Origin: Lama glama
Lineage: Eukaryota
Length of the DNA stretch: 64,000 nt
Direction: 5' to 3'
NCBI GenBank assembly: GCA_028534125.1
Contig: CM052818.1
Location: 29,390,001 to 29,454,000 of the forward strand
In this document: in pieces, positions 41,401 through 56,400 of the stretch
Layout of the letters: each line of letters opens with the position of its first letter
Position numbering within the stretch: position 1 is the stretch's first letter
The notes under the pieces: generated by a model
Databases searched by the model: none
What the model was told of the DNA's origin: nothing
Seen by the model: only the letters and a program-made list of their open reading frames with translations
Position numbers and translations under genes: made by a program

Positions 41401-44400
41401 AAGAGAGCTCCGAAATCCACAACTTGAAAGAAGAAGCTACGTTAACAGAAGAGCCAGCACAAGTTGCCAAAAAGCATTAAGGGCGAGATATTTTGAAAGT
41501 GGACAATAAACTATTGAGAACGAAGGATCGTATGCCTTGAACTAAACAGTAGGAAAAAGCGTGATCCCCTAGACAACACCTGCTAACATTTTACCTGTTT
41601 CTGGCCCAAATAATTTCTGTTCTAATTCATAAATCAAGGAGAAGCATCAGTCAGTAAGATCCACTTTCCAAGGCATGAATACAAAGAGGCCATTAATGGT
41701 TTCAGCAAGTTCACTATTTAGTCAGTGAAAGAAGCAGAAAGTGAACTGGCATCAAATCTCTGCAGAATATAGGGTCAAAATGGCAATTCTTAATTCTTTT
41801 GTGTGTGTAGATTTTTAAAATTAATTATTTAATTGAAGCATAGTCAGTTTACAATGTTGTGTTAATTCCTCATGTACAGTATAATATTTCAGTCATATAT
41901 ATATACATACATATATTCCTTTTCATATTCTTTTTCATCATAGGTTATTGTAAGATATTGAATATAGTTCCCTGTGCTATACGGTATAAACTTGTTGTTT
42001 ATCTATTTTATATAGAGTAGTTAGTATCTGCAAATCTCAAACTCCCAATTTATCCCTTCCCACTCCCTTCTCCTAATGAAACCACTTAATAGAAAAAAGA
42101 GTCAAATGGACATGAAGATTCACAAATTTTTAAAAAACTGTAAGCATAATGCCAAATAGTATTATGTACATTATGTGGTATTATGTACAGTGCTATGTAA
42201 ACTGTACAAATTTAATTATACTAATTTAAAAATACGCTGTCAGTGAGAGTGGCAGAAAAAAGGACACTAAAGCTTACGGAAAAGAAATCCTCCAAAGTAG
42301 GGACTATCATCTCTACAGATGACTGACAAGTGCCAAGCGCAGGACTTTCCTCCAAACAATGAGACTTAGGAAAGTTTTAAATTTTTTAATGTTTTCAAAT
42401 ACTAAAAATTGGGAACAAAATCTCATCAACGGACCCTAAATTGTCTGGGGTAAAAGGATATAAAAAGCCTCAAATTAGTCTCAAATAACTGTTACACAGA
42501 AAACCAAATGGTTAGCAAAGCATTTACCACCGGATGTGCTCCCTGTCCACGCAAAATCTCTAACACTCCCTGTATCCTTTAGGGTGCTCTTCCCTCTAGG
42601 GCACTCACCACACCTGACACATCACATACTCTGCTTTCTCACTTGTTTCCCTGTGAGCACAATGCAAGCTCTAGAGTCCACGTGTAATGAAAGGAGGGAA
42701 TTTACTCTGTTCACTCTCAGTCCCCAGGGTCTAAAACACAATGCCTGGCTCATACCAGGCATGCAATGTTGACTGATGCGAGGGGCAAATGAACAAACAA
42801 ACATATGTCAGGTTGTGTTATCGATGAGCTCAACTCAAAGACATGCTTAAGTAGGACTGCACCTTCTGAGAAGTATTTCGGAGTGCCAGAATCACGAAGA
42901 TGAGAACGAAAACATGTAAAGGAACTAAATCAAAAAGAAATGGCTGGGTATTCACAAGCATTGTCAGAGGGCTATTGAAGAATCCAACCCATTCACTGGC
43001 TCAATCTGAGCAGAAAGGCACATTGCAGTATCTGCTTTTTGTCACACTCAATGTTAACATTTGAAAGCTTGACTGCCATAAAAATTAGAGTGGAAAAATC
43101 TATTTCAGTACAATCTGCAAAAGCCCTCATGAGAAACTGAGAAGAGCTGCAAGTCCAATATGAGCCATGGACGGCACTGCAATGGTCACAGAGAGGTCCC
43201 CTGACTTACAGATGACACAGAACCTACAACTTTACCCAACACAGAAGGGAAAAAGTACACTGCCTGCTTCTGCTGGGAGATGTGCAACCTTAGTTAGCAA
43301 CGCAAAACCGAAAGTTATTGCTTGGACAAGTGGTCAAGCATGTGACTTTGGTTGAGTAACAACACGGTGACCTAACAGATCTGCTTACGAGTCTACTAAT
43401 CTGGTTGACAAAGCAAAACTGCTGTTAAATGAGGTGCTGTGTATCCGTCACTAAACCGGAGCAGAGTGGTCACCATCAGACTGACTGAGCTCATTTAGGT
43501 GTAAGAATTCATTTATTATCATTCCCCCACCTAGATCTGTGCATTTCTAGTGATGAGCAACCATGTGCCAATCTGGTCAGTCACTTTCCATCAGCGAATG
43601 CATGAATCAGGGCTGTGTTTACACCACGACTGTGCATTTTAGTAAGTTAAGATAAAGTCCAGGCTCTGCTCTTGGATTATAATATGTATCTGTATGTGAA
43701 AGCAGGTACAAGAACGGAACTTGATAGGTAACTCGGACATTTACGCCAAATGGAAAAATTAAAACCAAATACACTTTCTGACTGCCACCGATTACATCAA
43801 CAAATGCTAATCAAAGAAGCAATTAATAAACAAACAAAAAATCTTTTCTTCTACCCAAAGATCAGCACCTCACACAATTCCCTGATAGAGACCCATGGGG
43901 ATGGGCATGAGATTCAGGGCAGGGGACCACCCGTACTGGGTACAGAGGTTTAGCTCTTGCTGCCTAATGAAGAGTCCAAAGCTTCAAAACTGGGAGTGTG
44001 TCTGTCAAGCCCACTCATCTCAACTCTGCTGAGACACATACACGTCCTCCCAGAGATGTAAGAATCAAGACCAGTATTTTTAATAGGACCAAGAGGGCCT
44101 GGAATCTTGCAGAAATCTTACCCTGTACTCTGTTCTTCAGCCACACTGGCCTTCTAGCTTCTGGAAGATGACCTGCTTCCTCCTTCCACAAGCCCCTTAC
44201 ACTGGTCAGATGGCCAAAATGACCTCCCTCTTACCCCCTTCCCCAGTTCAATCCCCAGTTAAGCTTCAACTCAAGGATTTTCCTAGAGGCAACTCCTTCT
44301 ATCATATGCCCTTACAACATCACACAGCTCTCTCTCCTATCATTTGTCTCAGGTGTCCATTCACCTGTACTCATAAGGTGTCTGGGTGAGTGTCAGTCTC

Positions 44401-47400
44401 CTCGACCAGAGAGTAGTAAGTTTCATGGGGAGAGTACTTTTATTACTATTATTTTTTAAGCCCTCAATGTATCCCAGTACTCAGTACAACTCTGGGTATA
44501 GACAGTGAGTTCTCCAGCATTTGTGGAAGGAAGGAAAGAAGGAAGAAAGGAAGGAAAAGTTTAGCTCACATTGTCAGAATGTGGCATGGAGTGGAAGAGA
44601 GTCCCCCTTTTGAGAAGAAGATCCCACGGTCAACAGAAACATAAAGGAAAACCATTAAGGGGGAAAGCTAACTAGAGCACAGGAAATGAGAGCCAACGCC
44701 AATTCATCACTGGGATTCAGTGTTAAATACTGAAAGGGATGAATGCATGAATATAAGGCACATGAGCAATCCAACCAGACTGCTCTTTCTACACTTGCTA
44801 CTCCTGCTCCAAGTTTGCGTTTGTATGTTTCCTGATTCTATGAGTCTGTGGTAACTTCTCCTCAAGCCTTTTCTCTCCTTTCCAGCATTTTGCTCTCCAC
44901 CTCTCTTCTCCCTGTGGTGTGTATTATTTTATTTGGTTTTGGTTAGTTATCACATCAGGGATAACAATTTGTTTCAATCAGAATTATTTGTCCCATGTAA
45001 AATCTCACATTCCTCATGTCAACTCAATTTCTTATTTTCTTCATGGTTCAAAGTTACCTAGAACTGCTCAGAATGACATGAGTTTGTTACATTCCTTTTT
45101 TCCCCCCCTTTTTCAGTTTTGAAAGATGGCTCACTTGGCATCACACCACTTTGTTGGAAAACGGGCCAGACAGAAGAAACGCAACTATGATAAGAACACT
45201 CTGGTACCTACCAAGACACTGCCCATTCCAGCCTCGGAACCCTTCTGTGCAGGGAACACAGTGGTAAGACCCAGGAGAATTCACGCACTGCTCATCCGGA
45301 CAAGTACTTGGAGTCAAACATTCATCAATATCTGAAAAAACAAAAAGCTACCAGGTCACGGACATTTGATCAGAACACTACAGCACAAACTGACTTGTGC
45401 GATAGAGCGGGGGAAAAGGTAGGTTATTTCTACATTTAGGTGGAGAAAACAGTAAGCGGAAAAGGGAAACACTGGGTCTGCACTTAAACACACAGCAATA
45501 ATGCATGGCTGGTTATACCTTGATTGAAAGATTTACACGTGTTCCAAGGAAGACCTTGGCCCCAATTCTCAGGCCCAGCTCTCCCCACTCTGGGAGCTGG
45601 CAGCTTCTCCAGGGCCACTTTCTGGATATCAAACCTTTCAAGTAATAGCATGGCTTGCCAGAAAGAAAGACAAGAAACGGGCATGAGAGGGAGGAAGCCA
45701 TTTATCCACCTGGCTAAGAGGCTCTCTCCACAGACAATGGATGCTCTAGGGAAATCTCTGCTTTGGCACCATGGGCCCCAAACATCCTAGGTTTGAATAA
45801 TGTAAAACCTTCCATATGACAGGAATTCCGTGGAGATGTACTAAGAATATTAGGAGAGAATGAACTCATCAAATACTTCCAGGATTTTCCAGAGAACATG
45901 GTGCATGACCACAGAGTAATATTTTCTGGTAAAAATACACCTTACTTTTCATTCACAGTAACTAAAGTTATTAATCTCTGTTCTTTACAATGTGAGGAGG
46001 GAAAAAACACCTTCAACATGGATGGAGCTGCGGCAGAGATACAACAGCTTTAAGCATTTTTACAAACGGTAAAACAATACAGTGGGGGAAGGTAAGATAC
46101 AGGAGATGGCCCACAGTTTCAAATGAGTACCAACCCCTGGGTACCAGCCCCAGCTGAAATACGTATTTTTCTGGAGTTGGATTCTGAATTCAATGAGTGG
46201 ATTCAACGTCTAAGTGTCCCAGCATGAGATGTATACAGGACCTCTAATCAAGCTTAAAATATAAACAGATTTTTTTCAGGTAAGTTGAGCAGTGTAAGAA
46301 ATACGTAACGAATAAACTAAACATGCATGGGTATCTGATGTCATCATTCTGGTAAATTCTCAAAAATTATTCCCCATTATGTATCACTAGACATGTGTGA
46401 AAAGATGCTTAAAGTAAAAGATGTTATTAATAGAATTAATAAGCACCAGGTCAATGCTGTAATTTTTTTTTCCTATCAGCAAAAATTTCTTGCCAATAGA
46501 CAATGACACACAGTGGTTTTGTTTTGTTTTGTTTTGTGTTTTTTTTTTAGGTCAGATGTTCTGGGACTTCTTGTTCTACAAAAAGATGATGCTTGCCAGT
46601 TTCACTTTCCAAACAGCATTACATTCTTCTCTGGATGTGATTTTTTAAAAATGGAACTACAACTGCTAAGTCAGAGAAGGTCACAGAGATAGGCTGGCCC
46701 GTGAAAGAAGGTACAAGGCTGAGCAACACGAGACGGCATCCCTGAACTGCCTGCTGCTCTCACTTCTGTTAGTTCGTTTCCTCATCTTTGAGAGTGAGAC
46801 TACCTGCCTGGTAGCACCTTCATAGGAGAAAGCATGAATGCATGAGATAATGTCTGTGAACCACAACAGACTCCTTGGAGACTGGCGCTATTTGAAAGCG
46901 ACTTTGTCAGTGACAGCTGAGAAAATCCTCAGCGAGCCAGAAGCCCGGGGACCTCTGGTTCTGGTCCACGACGAAATGAGAAAACAGCCACATTATTTGG
47001 CTGCTGCTTCTTTCAAGCCTTTTTCATAGTGATAGAATTATGTATTATTTACTTGGGGAACCCTGGTGATATTTCTGTTAAATAATTTCCATACACTGAA
47101 TATTACTGAATACTCCCCTAACTGCTTTCCATTTGCTTAGATAAGTTTTAAAACTTCTTTCCTTTTCACTGTCCATCTTTATGCTCTGATTAGTCCTTGA
47201 ATATCTTATCTTCCCATCCTGAGTCTGTGTGGAGAACTTGAGGACCCATATTTGACCTCTTTGGGGACCATCGCTTTGCACATGAATGCTTGACAGATAA
47301 GCCCACGCCCTTTAAAAACAATCTGACAATTACAGATGTTCTGAGAAGATTTATGCACAAACAAGAGGAGTCAGAGAAGGGGGAAGTTTAAAGAAGCGAA

Positions 47401-50400
47401 CACTTCTCAAGAACTAACAAGGGGACAGGCACCATCCACCCTTTTACTCCCTTTAACTTGCACAAACGTGAAAGTTGACCTCATGGTTCCCATTTTACAG
47501 ATGAAGAACTAAGCTTTTTTTAAAAAAAATTTTGTCTGTGTTTTAGGTGGGGAGGTAATTAGGTTTATTCATTTATTTAGTACTATATTTTTAATGGAGG
47601 TACCAGGGATTGAACCCAGGACCTCGTGCATGCTAAGCACTGTGCTCTACCACTGAGCTATACCCTCCCCCCAGAACTAAGCTTTGAACTGGCTACTCAA
47701 AGGGCTCCAAGGTGGAAAGGTACCAAGTGTGAGGGTCTGAGCTGATGCCATAGTCCCTGTTCTCCTGACCCCATGCTTCCTCTCCAGATCAGAGGAAGAG
47801 CCCCCTTACAAAAGAGCAGAGTGGGGACACTTGTCACCTGCACTGTCCCATGGCCCTAGGCCATCAGGGAAGAGTTCATGGCTCCATTCTGATAGGAGTG
47901 GATCAGAGATGCAGCAACATAAAATGCTCCCCACTTGTCTCCAGATTACTCAAGGGGCTGAGGCAAGGGGCCAGGAAGAGAGGCAGGTGCAGGCTGCCAA
48001 AAAATGTCTAATGAGCTCTCCCTCCAGGCCTGGTTATTAGAACAATGAAAAAACCCAACACATAGAAGCCAAGGGACAGCTGAGAGCAGCCTGCCCCAAC
48101 CAGCCTATCTCTCTGTAAGGTCTGGAAGCCCAGCCACGTTAGCAAAGAGGCTGAATCTCAGGCAGTCAGGCAGGGAACCACACAGAACCGCCACCATCCC
48201 CACACTCAGGCTCCTCAGAAACCTGCCCAGAAACCCCTGCTCTTCTGCCCTCATGTTTCTACAGCAAGATTTAAGCAGAGGCTCAGCGTATTTCTTCATG
48301 AAAGTAACTATTCAAAATATACCAGGTGTTTTCAAAAAGTACCTATGTGACTTGGACACAAGTGGAAGCAGAAATATTCAACGGTTAATCATTTTGGCCA
48401 TGCTACAAAGACTTATCAAAACATTTTTCTAAAGAGAGCAAATTCACTGCTGGGGTCAATACTAAGGAAATTTTATCTAGCACAGCTGGAATTTAACCCA
48501 CAGCTGGTCAGACAGCACTTCGGGAGAGAGTCTGCAAGCAGGTCCCAGAACACATGCAAAAGAAAGAAGCTGAGACAAAGGAATGGAACAGGGTGAAAAG
48601 GTCAAAAACTGAAAGTCCACATGGTAACTCCTGCACCATGTCCCCACATAAATGACGCAGACACTGTAATTAAGTCTGTGTTTGTGCTAAGATCCTCCGC
48701 AGTTCATTGCTCTAAAGTGACTTCACTCCACATACCAGGGAAGGCAGATACTGAAGTGAGTAATAAAGAGAACATGAAGACGGAAAATAACCCAGACAGA
48801 GTCAGTGAAGGGAGGCAAAGGGACTGTGATTCCAGAAGGCGGGAAGAGCTTGGATGAGCTGGTGTCCTGCACAGACTGGTGGCAGAAAATTAGGACCAGG
48901 CCAGGGGCCTCCCATCCCCAGGTTCAGGACCCAGCCCTATTTTTCATGGTCATGTGCACTGGCACAGCCTCCCCGTCCTCCCAGCAGACTCACCCTCGCA
49001 GCGGCCTCCTGGGGTCATGCGGTACCCGCTGTCGCAGTATTCACACCGGAAGGCCCCCATAGTGTTGACACAGTGCCCTTCTCCACAGACGTCCGGCCTC
49101 AGACACTCATCGACATCTACACAAAGCAGAAAACATCAAGTTTTATTTCCCAAAACGTAATTTCAAACCCCTCCCATCTCCCAGGTTAGTTCGAATTTAA
49201 GAATGAAGGAATTGATTCCTGCTATTTATCATCTCTTTGATTTGCTCCAAGAAGTTGAATGGTTGTGACTTATGTGGAAGCCAAAAGAAATATTTAACAC
49301 TTTTGGTCCTTCCACACATCTGATACTCTTCATTCAAAAGTGTTGGGAAAAAATCCATTTTTTAATCTTCCAGTATCTAGCAGATTACTATGTTGTAACA
49401 GGCATTTAATAATAAAATCTAGATTCTCTGAATAAGCCCTGAAATGATGGAATCTTATGGGAGCTTAAAACCTGCATCTGGGAATTTTTGCATCAGAAAG
49501 AATACTGCCATTACCTACGCAGTTGGTACCCTCCTCGCTGGCCATAAATCCTGCTGGGCAAATACACAAGAAACTTCCCTCGGTGTTTTCACAGCGTCCC
49601 TGGGAGCAGAGGTGTTGGTCCTGAGTACATTCATCAGTATCTGTTAACGAAAACACAGATAGAAGCTTAGTGTAGTGGAGCAAGAAATTCTCAGTCTCCC
49701 TGTTCGTGAAATCCCAGCATACTGTTCCTGGTGTCCCACCAACCTTTACAACTGAGGAGAACCCTAAAAGGGACAAGACCGTTCTCCCTGAATACTTGAA
49801 GGGCTGTTACTAGCAAGTGGGTACACCTGTATGGTATACTGCTTCGAAAGCTCCAACTGGAACCATGACACCGGTGTTTCCAAAGAGACAGATTTCAGGT
49901 CAACACAAAAGGACCCGTCTGATAACTGGAGTCACGTAAGCACTGGAATTCACTGTGCAACACCCAGGCCAGCTCAGCACGAGTCAGAAATGTGAAAGGC
50001 AGTCTTCCACTGTGCACATGAGGGGGCGCTAGACTAAATGCTTTCAAATGACTGTCCTTTTCAAGTTTATATTTTGGTGTTCTAAACATAAAACCTATCA
50101 GGTAGGCGAATTCAAGAGAAATAACGATCTTATGGGGCAAGTAGATGGTGCCTTCACTGCCCTCCTGCATACATATGCAAAATCAAATGGCAAAAATCAC
50201 GCCTTGCACAGTGGCATTCAGCATGTTCAAGTAGGTTTAATTAGGTCTATGCCTTTGTTGCTTTATATTTGCCTTTAACTTAGTGTTGAATTTTCTTTTT
50301 CTAAAGAGAAATTAAATTTGGTGTTTAACACATCAGAATGATTTACTTAACACCATCACACCCCTTTTTGAGATTCATGTTTTTTCCAAAGAAGCATATA

Positions 50401-53400
50401 TGGAGGTCTGTATAAATTCATTAATAGTTTCATGTCCGCATATATGATTTTCAATATCAAAATCCCTTTTAGAAATAAGATATTATGAACTTGGACGAAT
50501 ATAATTCTTTATTACAGCATATATTAATATTAATTTGTTTTGCTAAATATGTGTGTAGATAGAGATTTCTAGAGCTCTTAATTATTTACATACTTTAGCT
50601 GAACAATTCTTGGCAATTATTTCACCTTTATGTAATTGCATTATACTTGGCAAGACAGGTAGCACTGAACCAAGGGGTAAGAGCCTCTTAGGAATTTAGC
50701 AAACCTCTTTTGAATCCCCTGGCTCAGGACTAAAAATTTTTTAAAAAGTAAACACAAAAAACATTTTTTTCATGATAAAAAATGTTCTTAATGTGCAAAT
50801 ATTTGACATTTAATAATTTCACCTATCAAAAGTGTCTTCTTACCAATACATTTCCTCTGTTGCTCACTGAACTTGTAGCCCTCGTAGCATATACAGGTGT
50901 ACCTCACCGGGAGGTTAATGCAGTGTCCTGCTCCACAGATATCAGGGTTCACAGTACATTCATTGATTTCTTTAAAAATAAATAAATGTGGGGGGAAAAC
51001 AGATATAAATAAGGATTTCACTGCTACTTGCAAAGCATTACTTTGTGTTTCCTGATTAATTTATTACCAGTCATGCAATTGGAAAACAAAAGGTGATCTC
51101 CAAAATCAAGTATACATTCATTTGATTACTGTCTAATTGATCAGTTTGTCCCACCCAAGGTCATCAATAATTCCTAATGAAACAACTTCTAAGAGGAACT
51201 GGAGCAGGCGGAAATTCAGAAAGAGGCCGTGTTGGACTTTATCATTAATTCTTATCTTCCCAGATGGCATATCAATAAGTTTCCATCCACTCCAGCTCAT
51301 CTTAGATGATGGCCTGAATCATATTTCTCCTGATAAGAAACTGAAGTTAACTTTCTATTTGTTAAGCAGGCTAAATTCAAGTTCCAACAAATATATTCAA
51401 CTTCCTCCCAAATTTCTCATTAATTCTCCAGAAATATTTATCCCTTCTAATCAAAGCAAAACTTATGGCTGTAACTTACTCTTAATCTGCCAGTTTCAAC
51501 AGAATATTTTATTTATACCAGTAAAGTATAGAGTCTTCTTCAAATCTTCTCTGCTAAATTCCTCCCTAGCCCTCCTACCGATTCCTACATGAGACTCACT
51601 TCTTCTGTGAAGCCTGAGATTAGCCTTCAGCCCTTGCTCCACTCACAGACACAGGCAGTGGGCAAGGCAAGGTCAGAGGAGTTCCCAGGGGGTGACGGCC
51701 ATCAACATGAGCTTTATTGCCAAAACATTCGAGGACTCAAAGGTAACCTTCTAAGATGAATTGCTCCAAGATAGTCTGTTGATTTCCATGACCTTTGTAA
51801 GGGTGTATAAAATTGTAGGGGTGGGTATAGGCGGTGAAGCTGGGGCCAGAAGCCCAGGCTTGGCCACCAACCTTGCTGCCCTTTCTTAGCTCTGTAACAA
51901 AGAGCAAGTTAACTTAAACATTCTAAGCCTCACTTTTCAGCAGGTGTAAATGAGAATAATTAGAGCACAGACTTTAGAACATGAAGTTCAAAAGAGATGA
52001 CCTAAATGATGCACAGCCCAACACCTGGTACATTGTATGTGCTCAATAAAAGCCAGCCAGTATTACTGATCGCTGTGGTTGTTTCTATTGAAGTCATTTA
52101 AGAATATATAACAAAGAAACAGCACATTTATAACAATACTACCTCGGGCTATTATCTCATTGTCATCACCTGGTGAACAATGCTTGAAACAGACGAGGCC
52201 ATGAAAGAGCCCAAGTGGTCCAGTGGAGGAAGACCAGGCACTCAAACATGACAAGCCAAAGCACACCTTTGTTAGAGGGTCTACGTTTTGAATGAAAAGA
52301 AAAACAGGCACGCTACTGTTACCAATAGCCCACTGTGAATTCTGAAGAAAGATGTGAAAAACAGTGCTTTAACAAAAATTCACTATGGAAATGACCTAAA
52401 TTGGGGTTGAGATTGCTCTCCAAAACCCAAACCACATTCATTTTTCATCAAGTGTTATTCACTGCGCTGTGATTTTAAGACAACTGATGCAAGTCATCTG
52501 AAAAGTTGCTAGGCGTTAAAAGGAAGCAGATGACAGAGCTGCAGTATTTTACACAAAATCACATGGATTATGGGAAAACCACACATTTACTAATTACTTA
52601 TACCTTCAGTGAGCACGCTTGTGCTAATTCACTATCAAAAACCAGATTGTATATCATCAGTATAATATCAAGTTACAGAAAAATAATTTGAAAGGCTAAA
52701 CACATGGGTGATTAACATGACTGCTTAAACTTCTGTGACTGATGGTAACAAAATGAAACAATGAATTATGATACAAAGTATAGATTGTTATATTATCACT
52801 AGCAGGATAGGAAAATGCTTATTTGTTAAGAAATATAGTTGGGTACAAATTGTCACTAGATATGATCTAAATTACCTAATACACAGAAAAGATTGGGAGG
52901 AAATAAATCTAAGTGTTGGTGTTGTTTTCTTTACATTTTCCTGTATTGTTCAAAATTTCTAAAATGAACAAGTATTATTTTATAATCAAAAAGACTTTCT
53001 TAAAAAATTATCATTTCTATGTGCCTCAAAAATCTAAAGGTAAAAGGTTATCTTCTCCAGGTCTTACTCCTAGATCCTTGGGTAATAATTCTCTTCACTG
53101 TAAGAATTCGTCAGTAGAACAGTAAGAGAAGCACATCTTTAACCATCTCTTCTTAATGTAGGCAGACACCTTCTTTGAAAATTACTGGTATTTAGATTTC
53201 TCAGTTTCCTCTGTAATGACTGACTTTCCTATATGTTCTCTGTCTTTTTCTTAAAAGAGAAAAGACATGCTGATAAAATTTGCAAAAAGAAAAATTAGGA
53301 GATGACTTAATATGCTAGGAATAAAAATTCAGAGCTAATTAAAAGGCAGTAAATCTAGGATTTTCAGGAAATGTTTGATCAGTACTCATTCCCCTACTCC

Positions 53401-56400
53401 CCGCCACTGACCCCCAAAATACCAATTTGTTGATTACCAAATATTTATCTGACCTTTTTTCAGGCATAACTTTAGAATGAAATTTTTACATGTGTCAACA
53501 AATGTATTCAAAAATATGTGATGCTTAATTCAAATGAGATACATTCCTAGACCAGTGTGCCAACACATATAAATTGTTTCTTCTTAAGGCAGCTCTAAGA
53601 TAGGATAAATGGTTAAGAATTTTAACTCCTTGGTCTTGGGTAATGAACAATAATGGCCCTTCCTTCCAATCTGGCATCTTAAGTAGAAGCTGTAAAGTTG
53701 AGAGATTTATGAGGAAAGTCTGAGGATTTTTAGCTGATTACCTCATAGATCAAGTACATAAAGATGCAGCTTGAAAACGTTAATCCCAGTTGGCACCAAC
53801 ATATGGAAGAAAATGTTAGTGTGATGCCACCAGAGGGTACTAAGAGATACATCAAAGGGGTGACGGGACATTAACTAACATTTACTTGATTTCTACACTT
53901 TCCCATTCTTTTACACAAGTGATTAATGTAACTTTCATCAGTTTGACCTCAGAGATCCCTTTCATCCATTTACTAGGAGGATTTCACCCTTCTAAGTTAA
54001 AAAAAAAAAAGCCATTAACAACTTCAAAACACCTCTGCTTTCTCTTTGCTAGTCATCCAAAAATTTCACATTATAGTCAACTATACTTTATTATAAACTC
54101 TAACATTGTTAAGACATTAAACCTTAACTGTTCTCAACACAAAAGAAAAGCATGAGACAGGAAAAAGCTGTTAGCTAACACTGCTGTAGCAATCACCCTG
54201 CCATATATGAATATGTATCAAAGCAACATGTAGACCTTAAACTTACACGAGGTTACATGTCAATCACGTCTCAGTAAAAAAAAAAAAAAAAAAACAACCA
54301 AAAACATTGATCAACACCATTTTTAAGATAAAAAATTGAATGACTTGTGCTCACATTTTAAAAATTTAGAAACATGTCTCTTACCACCTCTTCCCATCCT
54401 TCTCCTCCTTGTCTGTTACATTTTCATTCGTGAGCACATGCATGTTACACAGAAAGGCAAGTCCTGAAGATATTGTCTTAAAAATGGGTCAAAAAAAGCT
54501 TCCAGCTGTCTCTGTATCTTGGGGGTCAAAGACATTACACTTTACAGTTTTCTAAGAGGTCACTCACACCTAGGCATGTGAACCTGTTCCCACAGAAAAG
54601 ATCGGTTCATGTCAAAACACAGATTTCTCTGTGTGTGCCCACTGTGTGGATACAAGCACTGGGAATATGGTAAAGCCTCACACAGGAAACATTAATTACT
54701 GGTCTCCCGGGGGCTCCGGTTAACGGGAATGCCTAGTCTTCTTTAGCATGTTTGGTCTCTCAGAGATCATCAAGAGATGGCTCCCACGGGGCTTTTCCAA
54801 GTGTCCTCCTTCATAACGCCCATCATATGCCCCGGGGTTTACAGGACTGCCCTACCCTTTCCTACTATATGTGGGCCTTGAAATAACTTTGTCTGCACCT
54901 GTCCAAGGACCTTATTCTTGTTTCTTTCCCTAGTGTCCACTTAGAACTTGGAGAAAATGCCATGACCAAAAGCCAGTGGAAAACCAAATGCTCTATTTAT
55001 CCCGATTACAAGGCCAGTGGTGGATTTAAGAGTTTGGTATCTTTATTTTCTAGAGCTAAACGAAAAAGAAAGCTTTTAGCAAAATATGAAAATGAATATG
55101 CTGACCTTTGGCGTTTTTCCTTGTCATGTGATTACTCAAAATAAACAAACAAACAGAGCTGGAAATGTTATTAAAGTATGATGATTTTATATGGAAAAAA
55201 GGTTCATTTTCCGTTAGCATACACAGTTTACTGAGGCTGTTATGACACTAGTAATATGCTTCAGGGACAAACGTTTTTATTAAGGGGTCATTTCTGAGTT
55301 CTGGAAAAGATCTGATGAGCAAAATAGCTTTTCTAACGATTGAGCCATCATGATTACAAAGGTTTACACAATACAGGCATGAAAGTCAAAGAATAATTTC
55401 TAGCTGGTCTGCCAGGGCCATGGAGAAAGTTTAGGAAGAGCTGGAGGAAGGCATCAAATGTCAACTCATGGAAAGGTTTAGAAAAATGCCCTGGCTTCCT
55501 ACTGCCCCACAATGAGCATAAATTGTCTCACAACAATTGAAGCAGATGTTTCCACTTTGTAAATACTTGCCAGAGAAATAAAGGTTTGATTTTCCAACCT
55601 ATCCTTGAGCTATTAAGACACTATGCTAAATCAAGAATTTATATGCTGAAATGTATAATGTATTTGGAAACAGTACGCCAATAATGTTGCAAGCCACCAA
55701 CTCAGCTGCTAAGAGCGGAAAATATCACCCTTATTCCTGCAGATATGTGGCCCACTTTATAATTATTGCATATCAAAGTGAGTCTGATGAAATCTGCAAA
55801 GGCCGCTTCCAATCTCACCATCATAAATATATCATCAGTAAGCAACATGAAGCTGGTATTATTTATTTTAGACACCTACTTCTTATTCTATTCCTTTCTT
55901 CAACTTACATGTGAAACTAACAGTGACAAACGCCCACCTCCTTTGTGCTCTAAGAAAAAAATCATGACCTTGTGTTCCTGAGAGAATTGATCAGCTTTCT
56001 CCTTCAATCTCCATCTTTGGCTGTCTTAATCAAACCGATGGCAATATCTATATTTTGATTTAAATTAAATTTGATATAAAAGTCTTTGTGTTCCAGTGTA
56101 GATTACAGATTACAGCGTAGCTCCAAACTTGCAAACCATTTAAATTCAAGGACTATTTACAATGTGCTCCCTGTGGACGGTTTCAGAAAGATTCCTTTGC
56201 TACAGGAAGTAGAAGCACCTATGAATGCTGCACGAAAATAAAATTTCAGTGTCATTTGTTTCCTGGACGGAAATATTCACGCTTCACCCATGTGATAGCA
56301 GATGTTAGCCCTGTATCTCTGCCAAACTCAAGTTAAGCTGTCTTCTAACAACAGAATACAGCACAGCTACTTTCATTTTTTTCAGTCAGCCATGCAGTTC

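Noticed and set aside
14895..50969. Assignment to fibrillin or LTBP2/3/4
   Set aside because: The linker peptides and the EGF order match LTBP1 specifically.
51137..51592. 151-aa ORF
   Set aside because: Non-ATG start, no recognisable protein features; likely a chance ORF.
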